Shown here: positions 28,955-37,931 of the stretch, piece after piece | Numbering within the stretch: the stretch's first letter is position 1 | Layout: every line of letters begins with the position of its first letter | Notes under the pieces: generated by a model | Told to the model about the DNA's origin: nothing | What the model saw: the letters and a program-made list of their open reading frames with translations, nothing else | Databases searched by the model: none | NCBI GenBank assembly: GCA_963762255.1 | Contig: CAVXKA010000002.1 | Span: 64,001-128,000, forward strand | DNA from: Candidatus Eiseniibacteriota bacterium | GTDB lineage: Bacteria; Eisenbacteria; RBG-16-71-46; JABDJR01 | Length of the DNA stretch: 64,000 nucleotides | Direction of reading: 5' to 3' | Position numbers and translations under genes: made by a program

Positions 28955-30423
28955 TGCGCCGCCTGGATCTGCTCGGGTACCTCGGACTTCTTCTTGTCGC
29001 GGCGGCGGCGTTGACACGACTTCTCGTCGCCGGGTCCGGCCCGGCCGCGCTCGGCCTGGCTGCTCTGGGGGCGGCGCTCTTCCTCGTCTATTTCTTCCGT
29101 GCCGGTCACGACATCCAGCACTTCCTCTCGTTGCGCGCCACGCAGGAGGGGGGCAACGTGCTGGGCACGGCAGTGTTCGTTGTGGCGATCGCGGTCCTTG
29201 TGAACGTGCTGGCGTCGCACTTCCGCGCGCAAACGGACGTCACCCGGGACAAGTTGTTCACTCTCGCTCCGGAGACCGCGGCGGCCCTTCACAGCGCTCC
29301 CTCGCCGCCGGAGATCCTCGCCTTCTATCCCGAAGGCGACCCGACGCGAGCGGATATAGCGGCGCTAGCCGATGCAGCGCGAATGGTCGACCCGGCCGTC
29401 GTCTTTCGGGCGGTGGATCCCGATCGCGAACCGGGCGAAGCCTTTCGCTTCAACCTGCGCGAACCCACGACCGTGGTGCGGGTGGGGGAGAGGCACGAGA
29501 CCTTCAACGGCGCGCGGGAGACGGACTTTCTCGGGGCGCTCCTGCGCGCGTCGCGGCCGGGCAAGCGCGCCCGCATCGCGTTTCTCCGCGGTCACGGCGA
29601 GCCCACGTTCAACGATGCCTCGCCGCGGGGCGCGCGGAGCGCGGCCGAGGCGCTCGACTCGCGCGGGTACTCGGTTGTTGGGCTGGGCCTCCTCGACGGA
29701 CGATCGCCGCGCGATTCCGTGGACGTTCTTGTCGTGGCCGGCCCCCAGGTTCCATTCGTGCCCGCCGAGGAGGAGAGCCTCCGCGTATTCCTGGCCGGAG
29801 GCGGACGCCTGCTCGTGCTTCTCGATCCAGCGTGGCCGGTCACGATGGACTCCACCCTGGCCCGCTTCGGGATGCGGTTCGTCCCGCGCTTCCTGGCCGA
29901 TCCTTCCGGTCGCGAGCCGCAGGTCCTGCTTCCGGGAGAGTACTCTTCGCACCCCGCGGTGGCCGCGCTTCGGCGGCGCAGCCTGCCGGTCGTGCTTCGC
30001 GGCGTCGGCGAGATTCTGCTCTCACGTCCATCGGTGGCGGGAACCCGACAGGCGGCGTTGATCCGATCGAGCGCGGGCACGGTGACGGTGAACGATCCCG
30101 GATCGGAGCCGTCGGCGCGTGTTCTAGCGGCGGCGGCGGAGTGGCCCGCGTCGACCCGGCCGGGGCGGCTCATTCTGGTGGGGGACGACGATTTCGCGAC
30201 GCAGGAGCTCTTTGGCGTGCTGGGGGATGCTGACTTCTTCCTGGGGTGCGTGCAGTGGTTGGCCGACGAGGAATCCTCGATCCAGCTTCGTCCGCGTGAG
30301 CGGACGAGCCGCCCCGTGCTCTTGACCCGGCAGCAAGGCCGGGCGCTCATGGTTCTGCTCGTCGGCGCGCTACCGTTCGGTGTGCTCGTGGCGGGCGCGG
30401 CCGCCTGGTGGCGGAGAAGGTAG
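28954..30423 (+). CDS. GldG-like ABC auxiliary component
   Basis: DVTRDKLFTLAPET, VDPDREP, FLRGHGE, VVAGP, FLAGGGRLLVLLDP, LVGDDDF, C-terminal TM + WWRRR. Confidence 0.85.
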   Translation: MRRLDLLGYLGLLLVAAAALTRLLVAGSGPAALGLAALGAALFLVYFFRAGHDIQHFLSLRATQEGGNVLGTAVFVVAIAVLVNVLASHFRAQTDVTRDKLFTLAPETAAALHSAPSPPEILAFYPEGDPTRADIAALADAARMVDPAVVFRAVDPDREPGEAFRFNLREPTTVVRVGERHETFNGARETDFLGALLRASRPGKRARIAFLRGHGEPTFNDASPRGARSAAEALDSRGYSVVGLGLLDGRSPRDSVDVLVVAGPQVPFVPAEEESLRVFLAGGGRLLVLLDPAWPVTMDSTLARFGMRFVPRFLADPSGREPQVLLPGEYSSHPAVAALRRRSLPVVLRGVGEILLSRPSVAGTRQAALIRSSAGTVTVNDPGSEPSARVLAAAAEWPASTRPGRLILVGDDDFATQELFGVLGDADFFLGCVQWLADEESSIQLRPRERTSRPVLLTRQQGRALMVLLVGALPFGVLVAGAAAWWRRR

Positions 30424-30427
30424 CGGG

Positions 30428-31774
30428 ATGGGTCGCCGGGCACTCCTGATCAGTGCGGTGGTCTTTGTCATCCTGCTCGTTCTTACCCTCACGCTCATGA
30501 GAAATCGAAACGCGGAACCTGAACCTCCCTTCTTTGCTTTGCGGCGGAGCCTCCCCGACACCCTGACCGTGGCCTACGGCCCCGACACCACCGTTCTGGT
30601 CCCGCGGGCGGAGGGAGGTGGGTGGGACGTGGTGAGGCCTGTGCAGGATGCCGCTGACGTGGTCGCGGTGAACGCGCTTCTCAAGCGGCTCGAACGTCTT
30701 CCCGTCGAGGCGCGGCGCTTTCCGCTCACACGGGAGAAGTTGGACACCTACGGGATGCGTTACCCGCGGGCGATGTTGCGGGCGGCGTATCGAGGCGGAC
30801 TTCCTCCGGACACGCTCCTCGTGGGCGCGTTCACGCCGAGCGGGGACTTCGACTACGTACGGGTCGGAAGCGGGATGGAGGTGGCCCTGCTCGAATCCCG
30901 GCAGACCCGCACGTACCTGCTCAAATCGACCCTCGAGCTGCGGGATACCGTACTCCTGCCATTCCCCGATTTCCGTGCCGTCAACGTGCGGTGGATCGGC
31001 TCCGGGGGAGCGGTGCGGGCCGAGGTGTCGCGGGATTCGGACGGAGCATGGCGGGTGATCCGACCCTTTCCGGGCCCTGCGGATCCCCAGAAGCTTCGGG
31101 AATACCTGCTCTCCCTGAACCATATGCACATCGAGCATTTCGGCCCGGAGAGAGGGTGGCAGCCTGCGGCGTATGGACTCGCCTCCCCCGTGACCGCGGT
31201 CGTGGTGGCGACGTCCGATGGCGACACGATCGGCGCCGCTCTCGGCAACCCCGTCCCCGGAGATTCCAATCTGTGCTATGCATACTCCTCGGGTCGGACG
31301 CATCTACTCGAAGTCCCTATGAAGTATCGGGAGGTGCTTCTTGGCTCGGTGGACCCCCTGCGGGAGCGGGCGCCCTTCGGTTTCGGTCTCGACCGCGTGG
31401 ATTCCGTGCACGTGGAACACGCCGGCGATTCCGTGACGATCGCTCTCGCGGATGGTGCGCCGGCGACTCGGGGAGCGCGTGAGGCGCTCGGCAACTGGGT
31501 GCGCCTGCGTGCCGAGCGATTCGAGCCTGCTGATGCGGGCGCGCTCGATCGTTGGGGGCTCTTGCGCGTGGAGGGTCGCTTGGTCTGGTTCGGAGCCGGA
31601 GACACCCTGGCGATCGTGGACGTGGGTGGTGAAGAGGCGGGGTGGCGCGCGATTCGAGTGTCCGGTGGGCGAGCGGCGCGACCGGGTGAAATCCTGCTTC
31701 TCTCCAGCGCCGCCATCGAACCTCTCTGGACGACCCTGCGTGCGCGCGCCCGCGGCGAGGGCGGCGCGCCTTGA
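30428..31774 (+). CDS. DUF4340 domain protein
   Basis: N-terminal TM; repeated 'W.V.RP...AD...' and 'YGL..P' units; typical position after GldG. Confidence 0.7.
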   Translation: MGRRALLISAVVFVILLVLTLTLMRNRNAEPEPPFFALRRSLPDTLTVAYGPDTTVLVPRAEGGGWDVVRPVQDAADVVAVNALLKRLERLPVEARRFPLTREKLDTYGMRYPRAMLRAAYRGGLPPDTLLVGAFTPSGDFDYVRVGSGMEVALLESRQTRTYLLKSTLELRDTVLLPFPDFRAVNVRWIGSGGAVRAEVSRDSDGAWRVIRPFPGPADPQKLREYLLSLNHMHIEHFGPERGWQPAAYGLASPVTAVVVATSDGDTIGAALGNPVPGDSNLCYAYSSGRTHLLEVPMKYREVLLGSVDPLRERAPFGFGLDRVDSVHVEHAGDSVTIALADGAPATRGAREALGNWVRLRAERFEPADAGALDRWGLLRVEGRLVWFGAGDTLAIVDVGGEEAGWRAIRVSGGRAARPGEILLLSSAAIEPLWTTLRARARGEGGAP

Positions 31775-31851
31775 TGGAGTCCTCGCAGGTTGGTAGCATC
31801 ATCGGTCCTCGCTGGGACCGAACCTGGATACAGAAAGGACGCGGTCTTTCC

Positions 31852-32892
31852 ATGCTGTTGCGGACTTCTTGCTCTCGTCGGGTCCTTGTCGCTGTCTCGC
31901 TCGCCTTTGCTGCGGCTGCTTCGCCCGCGCTGGCCGAGACGCGAGTGGGGGGACGACTGACCGACGCCGTCACCACCTGGGACAAGCTCGGCAGCCCGTA
32001 CATCGTGACCGAGGACGTGACCGTGCCGGCGGGTGCCACCCTCAAGATCGAGCCCGGAACCACCGTGCGCTTCAAGTCCGATATCAGGGACGGCAAGGGG
32101 ACGAACATCTTCGATCTGGAGATCATCGTGGAGGGGACCCTCTCCGTGCGGGGCGCCGAAGCGGACACCGTCATCCTCACCAGCGACGCCCAGGCCGCCC
32201 GGTGGACGGACTGGCAGGGAATCGTGGTCCGCGGAAAGGCCGCGCGCGTCGATCTTGTGGCGGTGAACATCGAGTACGCGAACGAGGGGATCAAGGTGTT
32301 CGATGGAGAGCTGACCGCGAAGGACACAACGGTCCGGCTCTGCCAGCAGGCCGGCATGACCTTCATCGGCGGTCGGGGGACTCTGGAGAACGTGCTGGTC
32401 ACCATGATCGGCAACACCGGAGGGACAGGAGTCGGCGTGAACGTCGACCGGGGCGCCCAGGTAACCATGAAGCGGTCGTTCGTGGTGGGGACGCAGAACG
32501 GCATCATGTTCGCGCGCGGGAGCGGCGGGCGAGTCGAGGAGTGCACGGTGACGCTCTGTCTGGGGCGGGGCATCGTCGCTCGGCGCTCGGATCCGGTGAT
32601 CACGGGCACCACCGTCACCGGCAACGACTGGGGGATCGTCCTTTCCGCCGGCGCCCGGGCAAAGGTGAACGGCAACAACATTTTTCAGAACGGCAACTCG
32701 GACCTCAGCCTGAGCGGCTACGGCCCCGACCGGGTGGATGTGGACGTGAGCGGAAACTGGTGGGGTCAAACCAACGTGGCCGCCGTTCAGGAACGCGTTA
32801 TCGACGGGCTGGACGACCCCAAAGAGAAGGGCATCGCCGTCATCGAGCCGATCTTGACCGAGGCGGTCACGCGCTCCGCCGCGCGGAAGTAG
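31852..32892 (+). CDS. Secreted right-handed parallel beta-helix protein
   Basis: Signal peptide; 'W...GSPYIVT.DVTVPAGATLKIEPGT.V.F', 'WQGI', 'GNWWG'. Confidence 0.8.
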   Translation: MLLRTSCSRRVLVAVSLAFAAAASPALAETRVGGRLTDAVTTWDKLGSPYIVTEDVTVPAGATLKIEPGTTVRFKSDIRDGKGTNIFDLEIIVEGTLSVRGAEADTVILTSDAQAARWTDWQGIVVRGKAARVDLVAVNIEYANEGIKVFDGELTAKDTTVRLCQQAGMTFIGGRGTLENVLVTMIGNTGGTGVGVNVDRGAQVTMKRSFVVGTQNGIMFARGSGGRVEECTVTLCLGRGIVARRSDPVITGTTVTGNDWGIVLSAGARAKVNGNNIFQNGNSDLSLSGYGPDRVDVDVSGNWWGQTNVAAVQERVIDGLDDPKEKGIAVIEPILTEAVTRSAARK

Positions 32893-32894
32893 GC

Positions 32895-33248
32895 GTGACC
32901 GCGCCCGTCGCCCCCGACGTCGCCGTTGTGGTGCTGTCGACCGTGCCGGACGAGGCGACCTCCGAGCGAATTTCCCGAGCGCTGGTCGAGGAGCGGCTCG
33001 CCGCGTGTGTGAGTCGGGTGCCCGGGGTCGGCTCGATCTTCCGCTGGCAGGGGGCGATCGACCAAGCCGAGGAGATCCTCCTCGTCATCAAGACGCACGC
33101 CCGGCGCGCCCCGCAGGTGACGCAGCGGCTTCGGGAGCTGCACCCGTACGAGGTCCCGGAAATCCTGGTGATCCCGGTGGCGGCGGGCCTGGGCGCGTAT
33201 CTCGACTGGATTCGCAGGGAAACTCAGCCGGAGGGGGAAGAGACATGA
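32895..33248 (+). CDS. cutA: Divalent-cation tolerance protein CutA
   Basis: LVEERLAACV, SIFRWQG, IKT, LHPYEVPEI. Confidence 0.92.
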   Translation: MTAPVAPDVAVVVLSTVPDEATSERISRALVEERLAACVSRVPGVGSIFRWQGAIDQAEEILLVIKTHARRAPQVTQRLRELHPYEVPEILVIPVAAGLGAYLDWIRRETQPEGEET

Positions 33249-34036
33249 CGCGGCCCTTCATCACGATCACGACCGACTTCGGCGAGTCGGGTCACTACAT
33301 CGGTGCGATGCGCGGCGTGCTCCTCAGCACGTGTCCGGATGCCGTCCTGGTCGACATCACCCACAGCATCACGCCGTACTCGGCGCTGGAGGCCTCGCTG
33401 GTTCTTTCCCAGGCCTGCCCGTTCTTTCCGAAGGGCACCGTCCACCTGGCGGTGGTGGACCCCGGTGTGGGAGGGCTGCGCAAGCCGATCATCGTCCGCG
33501 CGGGCGAGCAGTTTTTCGTCGGCCCGGACAACGGGATCTTTACGCCGTTCTTCGATGGGAGCGAAACGATCTACCGCATTCGGGATGGCGTGGGGCGGCC
33601 CGATCCCAGCGCCACATTTCACGGCCGCGATATCTTCGCTCCCGCTGCAGCGCGACTGGCTCGCGGAGACGACCCGGAGGAGATCGGCGAGCGCAGCACG
33701 CTTGCCGTGCATCTCCACACACCCAGGCCACGCCGGGACGGGGGATGGACCGTGGGGCAGGTGCTCTACGCCGACCACTTCGGAAACCTTGTCACCAACA
33801 TCCATCGCCAGGATCTGGGCGAGACGGATGACGCTCTCGAGGTCATGGTGGGCGTGCGCGCGATCCCGCGAATCTCGCGCACCTATCAGGACGGGATGCC
33901 GGGGGAATCGCTTGCCCTCTTCGGGAGTTCGGGCTACCTGGAGATCGCGGTGGCCCAGGGGCATGCCGGAGCGCAGCTCGGCATGGGGAAAGGGGAGCGG
34001 GTGCGCGTGAGGGTCCGCCCGCCGGTCCCCGCATGA
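33245..34036 (+). CDS. SAM hydroxide adenosyltransferase / chlorinase-fluorinase family (DUF62)
   Basis: ITTDFG, VDITH, FPKGTVHLAVVDPGVG, GPDNG, SATFHGRDIFAPAAA, DHFGNLVTNI, GSSGYLEIA. Confidence 0.92.
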   Translation: MTRPFITITTDFGESGHYIGAMRGVLLSTCPDAVLVDITHSITPYSALEASLVLSQACPFFPKGTVHLAVVDPGVGGLRKPIIVRAGEQFFVGPDNGIFTPFFDGSETIYRIRDGVGRPDPSATFHGRDIFAPAAARLARGDDPEEIGERSTLAVHLHTPRPRRDGGWTVGQVLYADHFGNLVTNIHRQDLGETDDALEVMVGVRAIPRISRTYQDGMPGESLALFGSSGYLEIAVAQGHAGAQLGMGKGERVRVRVRPPVPA

Positions 34037-34791
34037 TCGTGACGCTGGTGGGCACGGGTACCCTCGTGCCCTCGGCGCGGCGCTCCACCGCGGCCCTCAG
34101 CCTGCAGGGTACGGGGTTCCAGGTCACCGTGGACGGCGGGTCCGGGTCGTTACGCCGGCAAGCCGAGCTGGGTATCGACTTCCGGAAGACCGACGCCCTC
34201 CTCTTCACGCACGTTCATCCGGACCACACCCTCGATCTGCTCCATTTCCTTTTCGCCTCAAAGTACACGCCCGGATTTCGCCGTACCGCCCCCGTGCGGA
34301 TCGTGGGCCCTCCTGGCTTCAGCCATTTCCTCGACCGTCTGCGGAACGGGGTGGCTTCCTGGACCGACGGCGGCGATGCGGGGTTCACGGTCGAGGAGGT
34401 CGAGGAAGGAAGTGAGTTCGCGGTCGGCCCATGGCGCGCCGAAACGCGACGGCTCTCCCACCAGGTCGTGAACCACGGGTACCGCTTCACCGCCGAGCAT
34501 GGGGGGACGATGGTCTTCACCGGCGACACCGCGTGGTGCGATTCTCTGGTCGATCTGTGCCGGGACGCGGACCTTCTCATCGCGGAATGTTCCGGGGATG
34601 CCGCCCATCCCGCCGAGGGTCACTTGACCGCGCCGGAAGCGGGGCGCCTGGCATCGGAGGCAGGAGTGAAGCAGTTGGCGTTGACGCATCTCTACCCGCT
34701 CCCGGACGACCGGGTGCGCGTGCGCGAAGCGGCCGACCAGTACTCGGGTCCCATTCTTCTCGCCGAGGACGGCGACCGGTTCGTGGTATAG
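34033..34791 (+). CDS. MBL-fold metallohydrolase (RNase Z/AtsA-like)
   Basis: LVGTG, THVHPDH, FTGDT, AEC, HLT, LTHLYP, AEDG. Confidence 0.85.
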   Translation: MIVTLVGTGTLVPSARRSTAALSLQGTGFQVTVDGGSGSLRRQAELGIDFRKTDALLFTHVHPDHTLDLLHFLFASKYTPGFRRTAPVRIVGPPGFSHFLDRLRNGVASWTDGGDAGFTVEEVEEGSEFAVGPWRAETRRLSHQVVNHGYRFTAEHGGTMVFTGDTAWCDSLVDLCRDADLLIAECSGDAAHPAEGHLTAPEAGRLASEAGVKQLALTHLYPLPDDRVRVREAADQYSGPILLAEDGDRFVV

Positions 34792-34792
34792 C

Positions 34793-35260
34793 GTGGGGCG
34801 CGTCCGCTACGAGCCGGCCCCGGAAGTGCACGCTGCGCTGTCGCACTTGGTGGACGTGCTCGAGTTCGGGCACGTGGACATGGCGCGCGTTCATTGTCGT
34901 CGGTCCTTCGGGTCGACTTCGCGCGCCTATGCGCGTATCTGGGAGTTGCCCACGATCTGGCAGGGGGCCCTCGGTGTGCGCCCGCAGTACGTGATCGAGG
35001 TGCTTGCCGAGCATTTCGACCCCGTCGGCGAGGAGGAGCGGACCAAGGTTCTGATCCACGAACTCCTGCACATCCCGAGCACGTTTTCAGGGGCGCTGCG
35101 CGGGCATCGCGGGCAGGGAGAGCGGATCGACGGGCATACCGTGAATCGCTACTACCGACGCTTCCTGCGGAATGTGGCGGAGCGACAGGCGCGAATCGAG
35201 AGGGAAGAGCGCGCCGAGGCGCCTCGCGACGCCGACGGCCAACTCGATCTTCTGCGCTAG
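34793..35260 (+). CDS. Small putative metallopeptidase (HExxH)
   Basis: RSFGSTSRAYARIW, YVIEV..E.F, LIHELLHIP.TFSGALR.H. Confidence 0.7.
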   Translation: MGRVRYEPAPEVHAALSHLVDVLEFGHVDMARVHCRRSFGSTSRAYARIWELPTIWQGALGVRPQYVIEVLAEHFDPVGEEERTKVLIHELLHIPSTFSGALRGHRGQGERIDGHTVNRYYRRFLRNVAERQARIEREERAEAPRDADGQLDLLR

Positions 35261-36459
35261 GGTTGCGTCTCGTCCCGATACATGTCGGAGGCGAGGTAGA
35301 GCGCATGCAGCTGCCGCGCGGCCACCGCCAGGACGAGGGTGAGGGGCACGGCGAGAAACGCTCCGAGGATGCCGAAAAGATCGGCGAAGACGATCAGGGC
35401 CAGGAGCACCACCATGGGATGCAGCCCCACCGCGCCCCCCACGATGCGCGGCGATAGAAACTGGCCCTCGACGAAGCCGATGCTGAAGTAGAGGATCGCC
35501 ACGCGAACAACGCCGACCCAGCCCACTCCGATCAGGCCGACCACCGCCGCCACGAGAAGGCTCACCCAGAAGCCCACGACCGGCAGGAAGTTGAGAAGCG
35601 CGGCCAGGGCGCCCAGCGCCAGCGCGTACGGGATGCCGAGAAAGTAGCTCCCGATCGCGGTGAGGGTGCCCACGATGAGCGCGACCGTGGCCACCCCGCG
35701 CAGCCAGCGCCCCAGCAACCGGTCCATCTCGGCGGCCGTCGCCGCAAACCACGGGTGGTAGCGGCGCGGGATCAACTCCGCGCCGCGGTGACGCACCCGG
35801 TCGTAGTCGCGTAGAAAGTAGAACGTGCAGAAGGGGACAAGGGCGAGCGCGGCAAGGAGGCTGCTCACGACACGGGTGGCTCCGGCGATGCCGGTGACCG
35901 CCTTGAGGAGGATCTCGTTCGCCTTCGCAACCACCTTCGGGAGCTGCTCGGCGTAGCGCGCCTCCAGATCCTGGAGGTTGAAGCGGGCCAGAAGGGGGGC
36001 GACTGCCTCCTGGACGCGGTCCGCCACTTCGGGCAGGGCGACCGTGATCTGGCCGAGTTGATGGACGATTGGAGGAAGGAGCAGGAAGACCGCGGCGACG
36101 AGGATCCCCACGACCGGAACCATCAGGAGAAGGATGGCGAGTTCCCGCCGAACGCGACGCCGCCCCAGCGCAAGCACCGCCGGATTGAGCACGTAGGCGA
36201 GGAAGAGCGAGACGCCGAGGATGAGCAGCACCCAACCGAATCTGCCGACCACCCAGATCAGCGCCGCCACCGTCACGACCAGCATCGTGCGTAGCGCCCA
36301 TTGCGCACGGCGATGAGGGAAGAGCAGGTAGAGGATGAAGGCGGCCAGGAGCGGCGGGGTAAGCGTCGAACGAAGGGCGACCCCAAAGGCGGCCAGGACC
36401 AGGCCCAGCACGACCAGGAGGGGCAAAGCGACCCGCGGAGCGGCAGTCTCACGGTCCAT
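35257..36459 (-). CDS. AI-2E/PerM family transporter
   Basis: LAYVLNP, FYFLRDY, LGIPYAL, NFLPVVG, EGQFLSPRIVGGAVGLHP, GILGAFLAVP; start ATG 36459. Confidence 0.9.
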   Translation of the reverse strand: MDRETAAPRVALPLLVVLGLVLAAFGVALRSTLTPPLLAAFILYLLFPHRRAQWALRTMLVVTVAALIWVVGRFGWVLLILGVSLFLAYVLNPAVLALGRRRVRRELAILLLMVPVVGILVAAVFLLLPPIVHQLGQITVALPEVADRVQEAVAPLLARFNLQDLEARYAEQLPKVVAKANEILLKAVTGIAGATRVVSSLLAALALVPFCTFYFLRDYDRVRHRGAELIPRRYHPWFAATAAEMDRLLGRWLRGVATVALIVGTLTAIGSYFLGIPYALALGALAALLNFLPVVGFWVSLLVAAVVGLIGVGWVGVVRVAILYFSIGFVEGQFLSPRIVGGAVGLHPMVVLLALIVFADLFGILGAFLAVPLTLVLAVAARQLHALYLASDMYRDETQP

Positions 36460-36466
36460 GCCCGGG

Positions 36467-36535
36467 ATCATGCCGGGCGGTCTCCGTCGTGTCAACGAGA
36501 GCCGGTTTGACACGGGGGCGCGGTGTTCCTAACCT
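36467..36535. promoter_or_regulatory. Back-to-back sigma70-like promoters (AI-2E on minus, folC on plus)
   Basis: Plus: TTGACA 36507-36512, 17 bp, TAACCT 36530-36535. Minus: TTGACA 36495-36490, 17 bp, CATGAT 36472-36467. Confidence 0.6.
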
Positions 36536-36543
36536 CCCCGGCC

Positions 36544-37852
36544 ATGCGCTTTCGCACGGCTCGCGAAGCCGAGGAGTATCTCCTGAGCTTCGTCAACTAC
36601 GAGGCCCTCGCTCGGTACCGGCGGACGGCCCGCACGCATGACCTGCGGCGCTTCGCCGAGCGCCTGGACGAGATGGGGTGGGATCCGCGAGCGGTCCCGG
36701 CTGTGCACGTGGGCGGGACCAACGCGAAGGGGACGGTAGCTCATCTCATCGAGCGCATCCTTCGCGCGGGCGGCGAACGCACCGGGCTCTACACATCTCC
36801 GCATCTGCACACGATGAGGGAGCGGGTGCGGGTGAACGGCCGGCCGATCTCCGCCCGGGTGTTCGCCGAGACCGTCTCGATGATCGCGGAACACTTCTCC
36901 GTCGAGCCGGCGGCAGGATTCAGGACTACTTTCGAACACCTGACAGCGCTCGCCCTGCTCCACTTTCAGAAGGAACAGGTGTCCCGAGCGGTGGTGGAGG
37001 TCGGGTTGGGCGGGCGTCTGGACGCCACCAACGTCCTCCCGCCGGGTCCGGCGGTCTTGACGCCGATCTCGCTCGATCACCGCGCCGTCCTCGGACGAAC
37101 CGTGCGAGCGATTGCCACCGATAAGGCCTTCATCTTCAAACGGGGCGGCCACGCCTTCGTGATGCCGCAGTCTCCAACCGCCCTGTCTGCGATCCAAGCA
37201 CGGTTGCTCGCGGAGCGGATGAACGCCACCTGGGTGCGGGACGCGGTGCACGTGACCTTGGAGAGTGCGCACACCACGGGCGGGGTTTTCACGCTCCGCG
37301 GTCGTGAGGAGTACGGACGCATCCCGACCCGGCTCCTGGGTGCGCACCAGGCGGACAACATCGCCGCCGCGGTCGCAGTGGCGGAGGCGCTGCTACCGGC
37401 GCCGATCCTCCGGCGCGCGATAGCTCTGCGGGCTCCGAGACGGATGCGTGCCGGGACGGCTGGAGGTGGTCCGAAGCGGGGAGCGACACGTAGTGCTCGA
37501 CGGGGGGCACAACCCCGCGGCTGCTCGCGCGGTGGCGGCGGCGGTCCGGCTTCACTTTCCCGGTGCTCGCGTGGGGATGCTGGTCGGGATGGCCATCGAC
37601 AAGGACCATCGAGCCTTCTTCGAAGCTCTGGCGGGTGTGGCCCATGCCTTCGTTTTCACGCGAGCGGCGGGGGTCCGCTCGGCGCCCCCCGAGCTTCTGG
37701 CGCGGCGATCGGGGCGAGCGGGACGGTGCACGGAGACGGTGGTCCGGGGCCTCGACCGGGCCATGTCGCTCAAGGTTGACGTGCTCCTCGTCGCCGGCTC
37801 GTTTCTGGTGGTTGCGGAGGCGCGTGAGGCTCTGGGGCTGGCACCAAGCTGA
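36544..37852 (+). CDS. folC: Folylpolyglutamate synthase/dihydrofolate synthase, split by a frameshift near 37421-37447
   Basis: HVGGTNAKG, GLYTSPHL...RERV, TTFE, EVGLGGRLDATNV, LLGAHQADN; PGRLE..LDGGHNP..AGSFLVV lies in the next frame. Confidence 0.9.
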
Positions 37853-37876
37853 AAACCTGGGCGGTGCCGGGAGGTC

Positions 37877-37916
37877 AAAAAAAGAACCCCCCGCGGGGAA
37901 AGCCGCGGAGGGTCCT
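37877..37916 (-). terminator. Intrinsic terminator of the 37932-38645 gene
   Basis: Minus strand AGGACCCTCCGCGG-CTTTCC-CCGCGGGGGGTTCT followed by a T-run, about 15 nt after the stop codon. Confidence 0.85.
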
Positions 37917-37931
37917 CGGTGCAAGGAGATC

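Noticed and set aside
30340-30423. TM + WWRRR C-terminus as an exosortase sorting signal
   Set aside because: This is the normal GldG C-terminal anchor and has no PEP-like motif.
33245-34036. Fluorinase/chlorinase as part of a halometabolite cluster
   Set aside because: The context is housekeeping with no biosynthetic genes; a DUF62 SAM hydrolase is far more likely.
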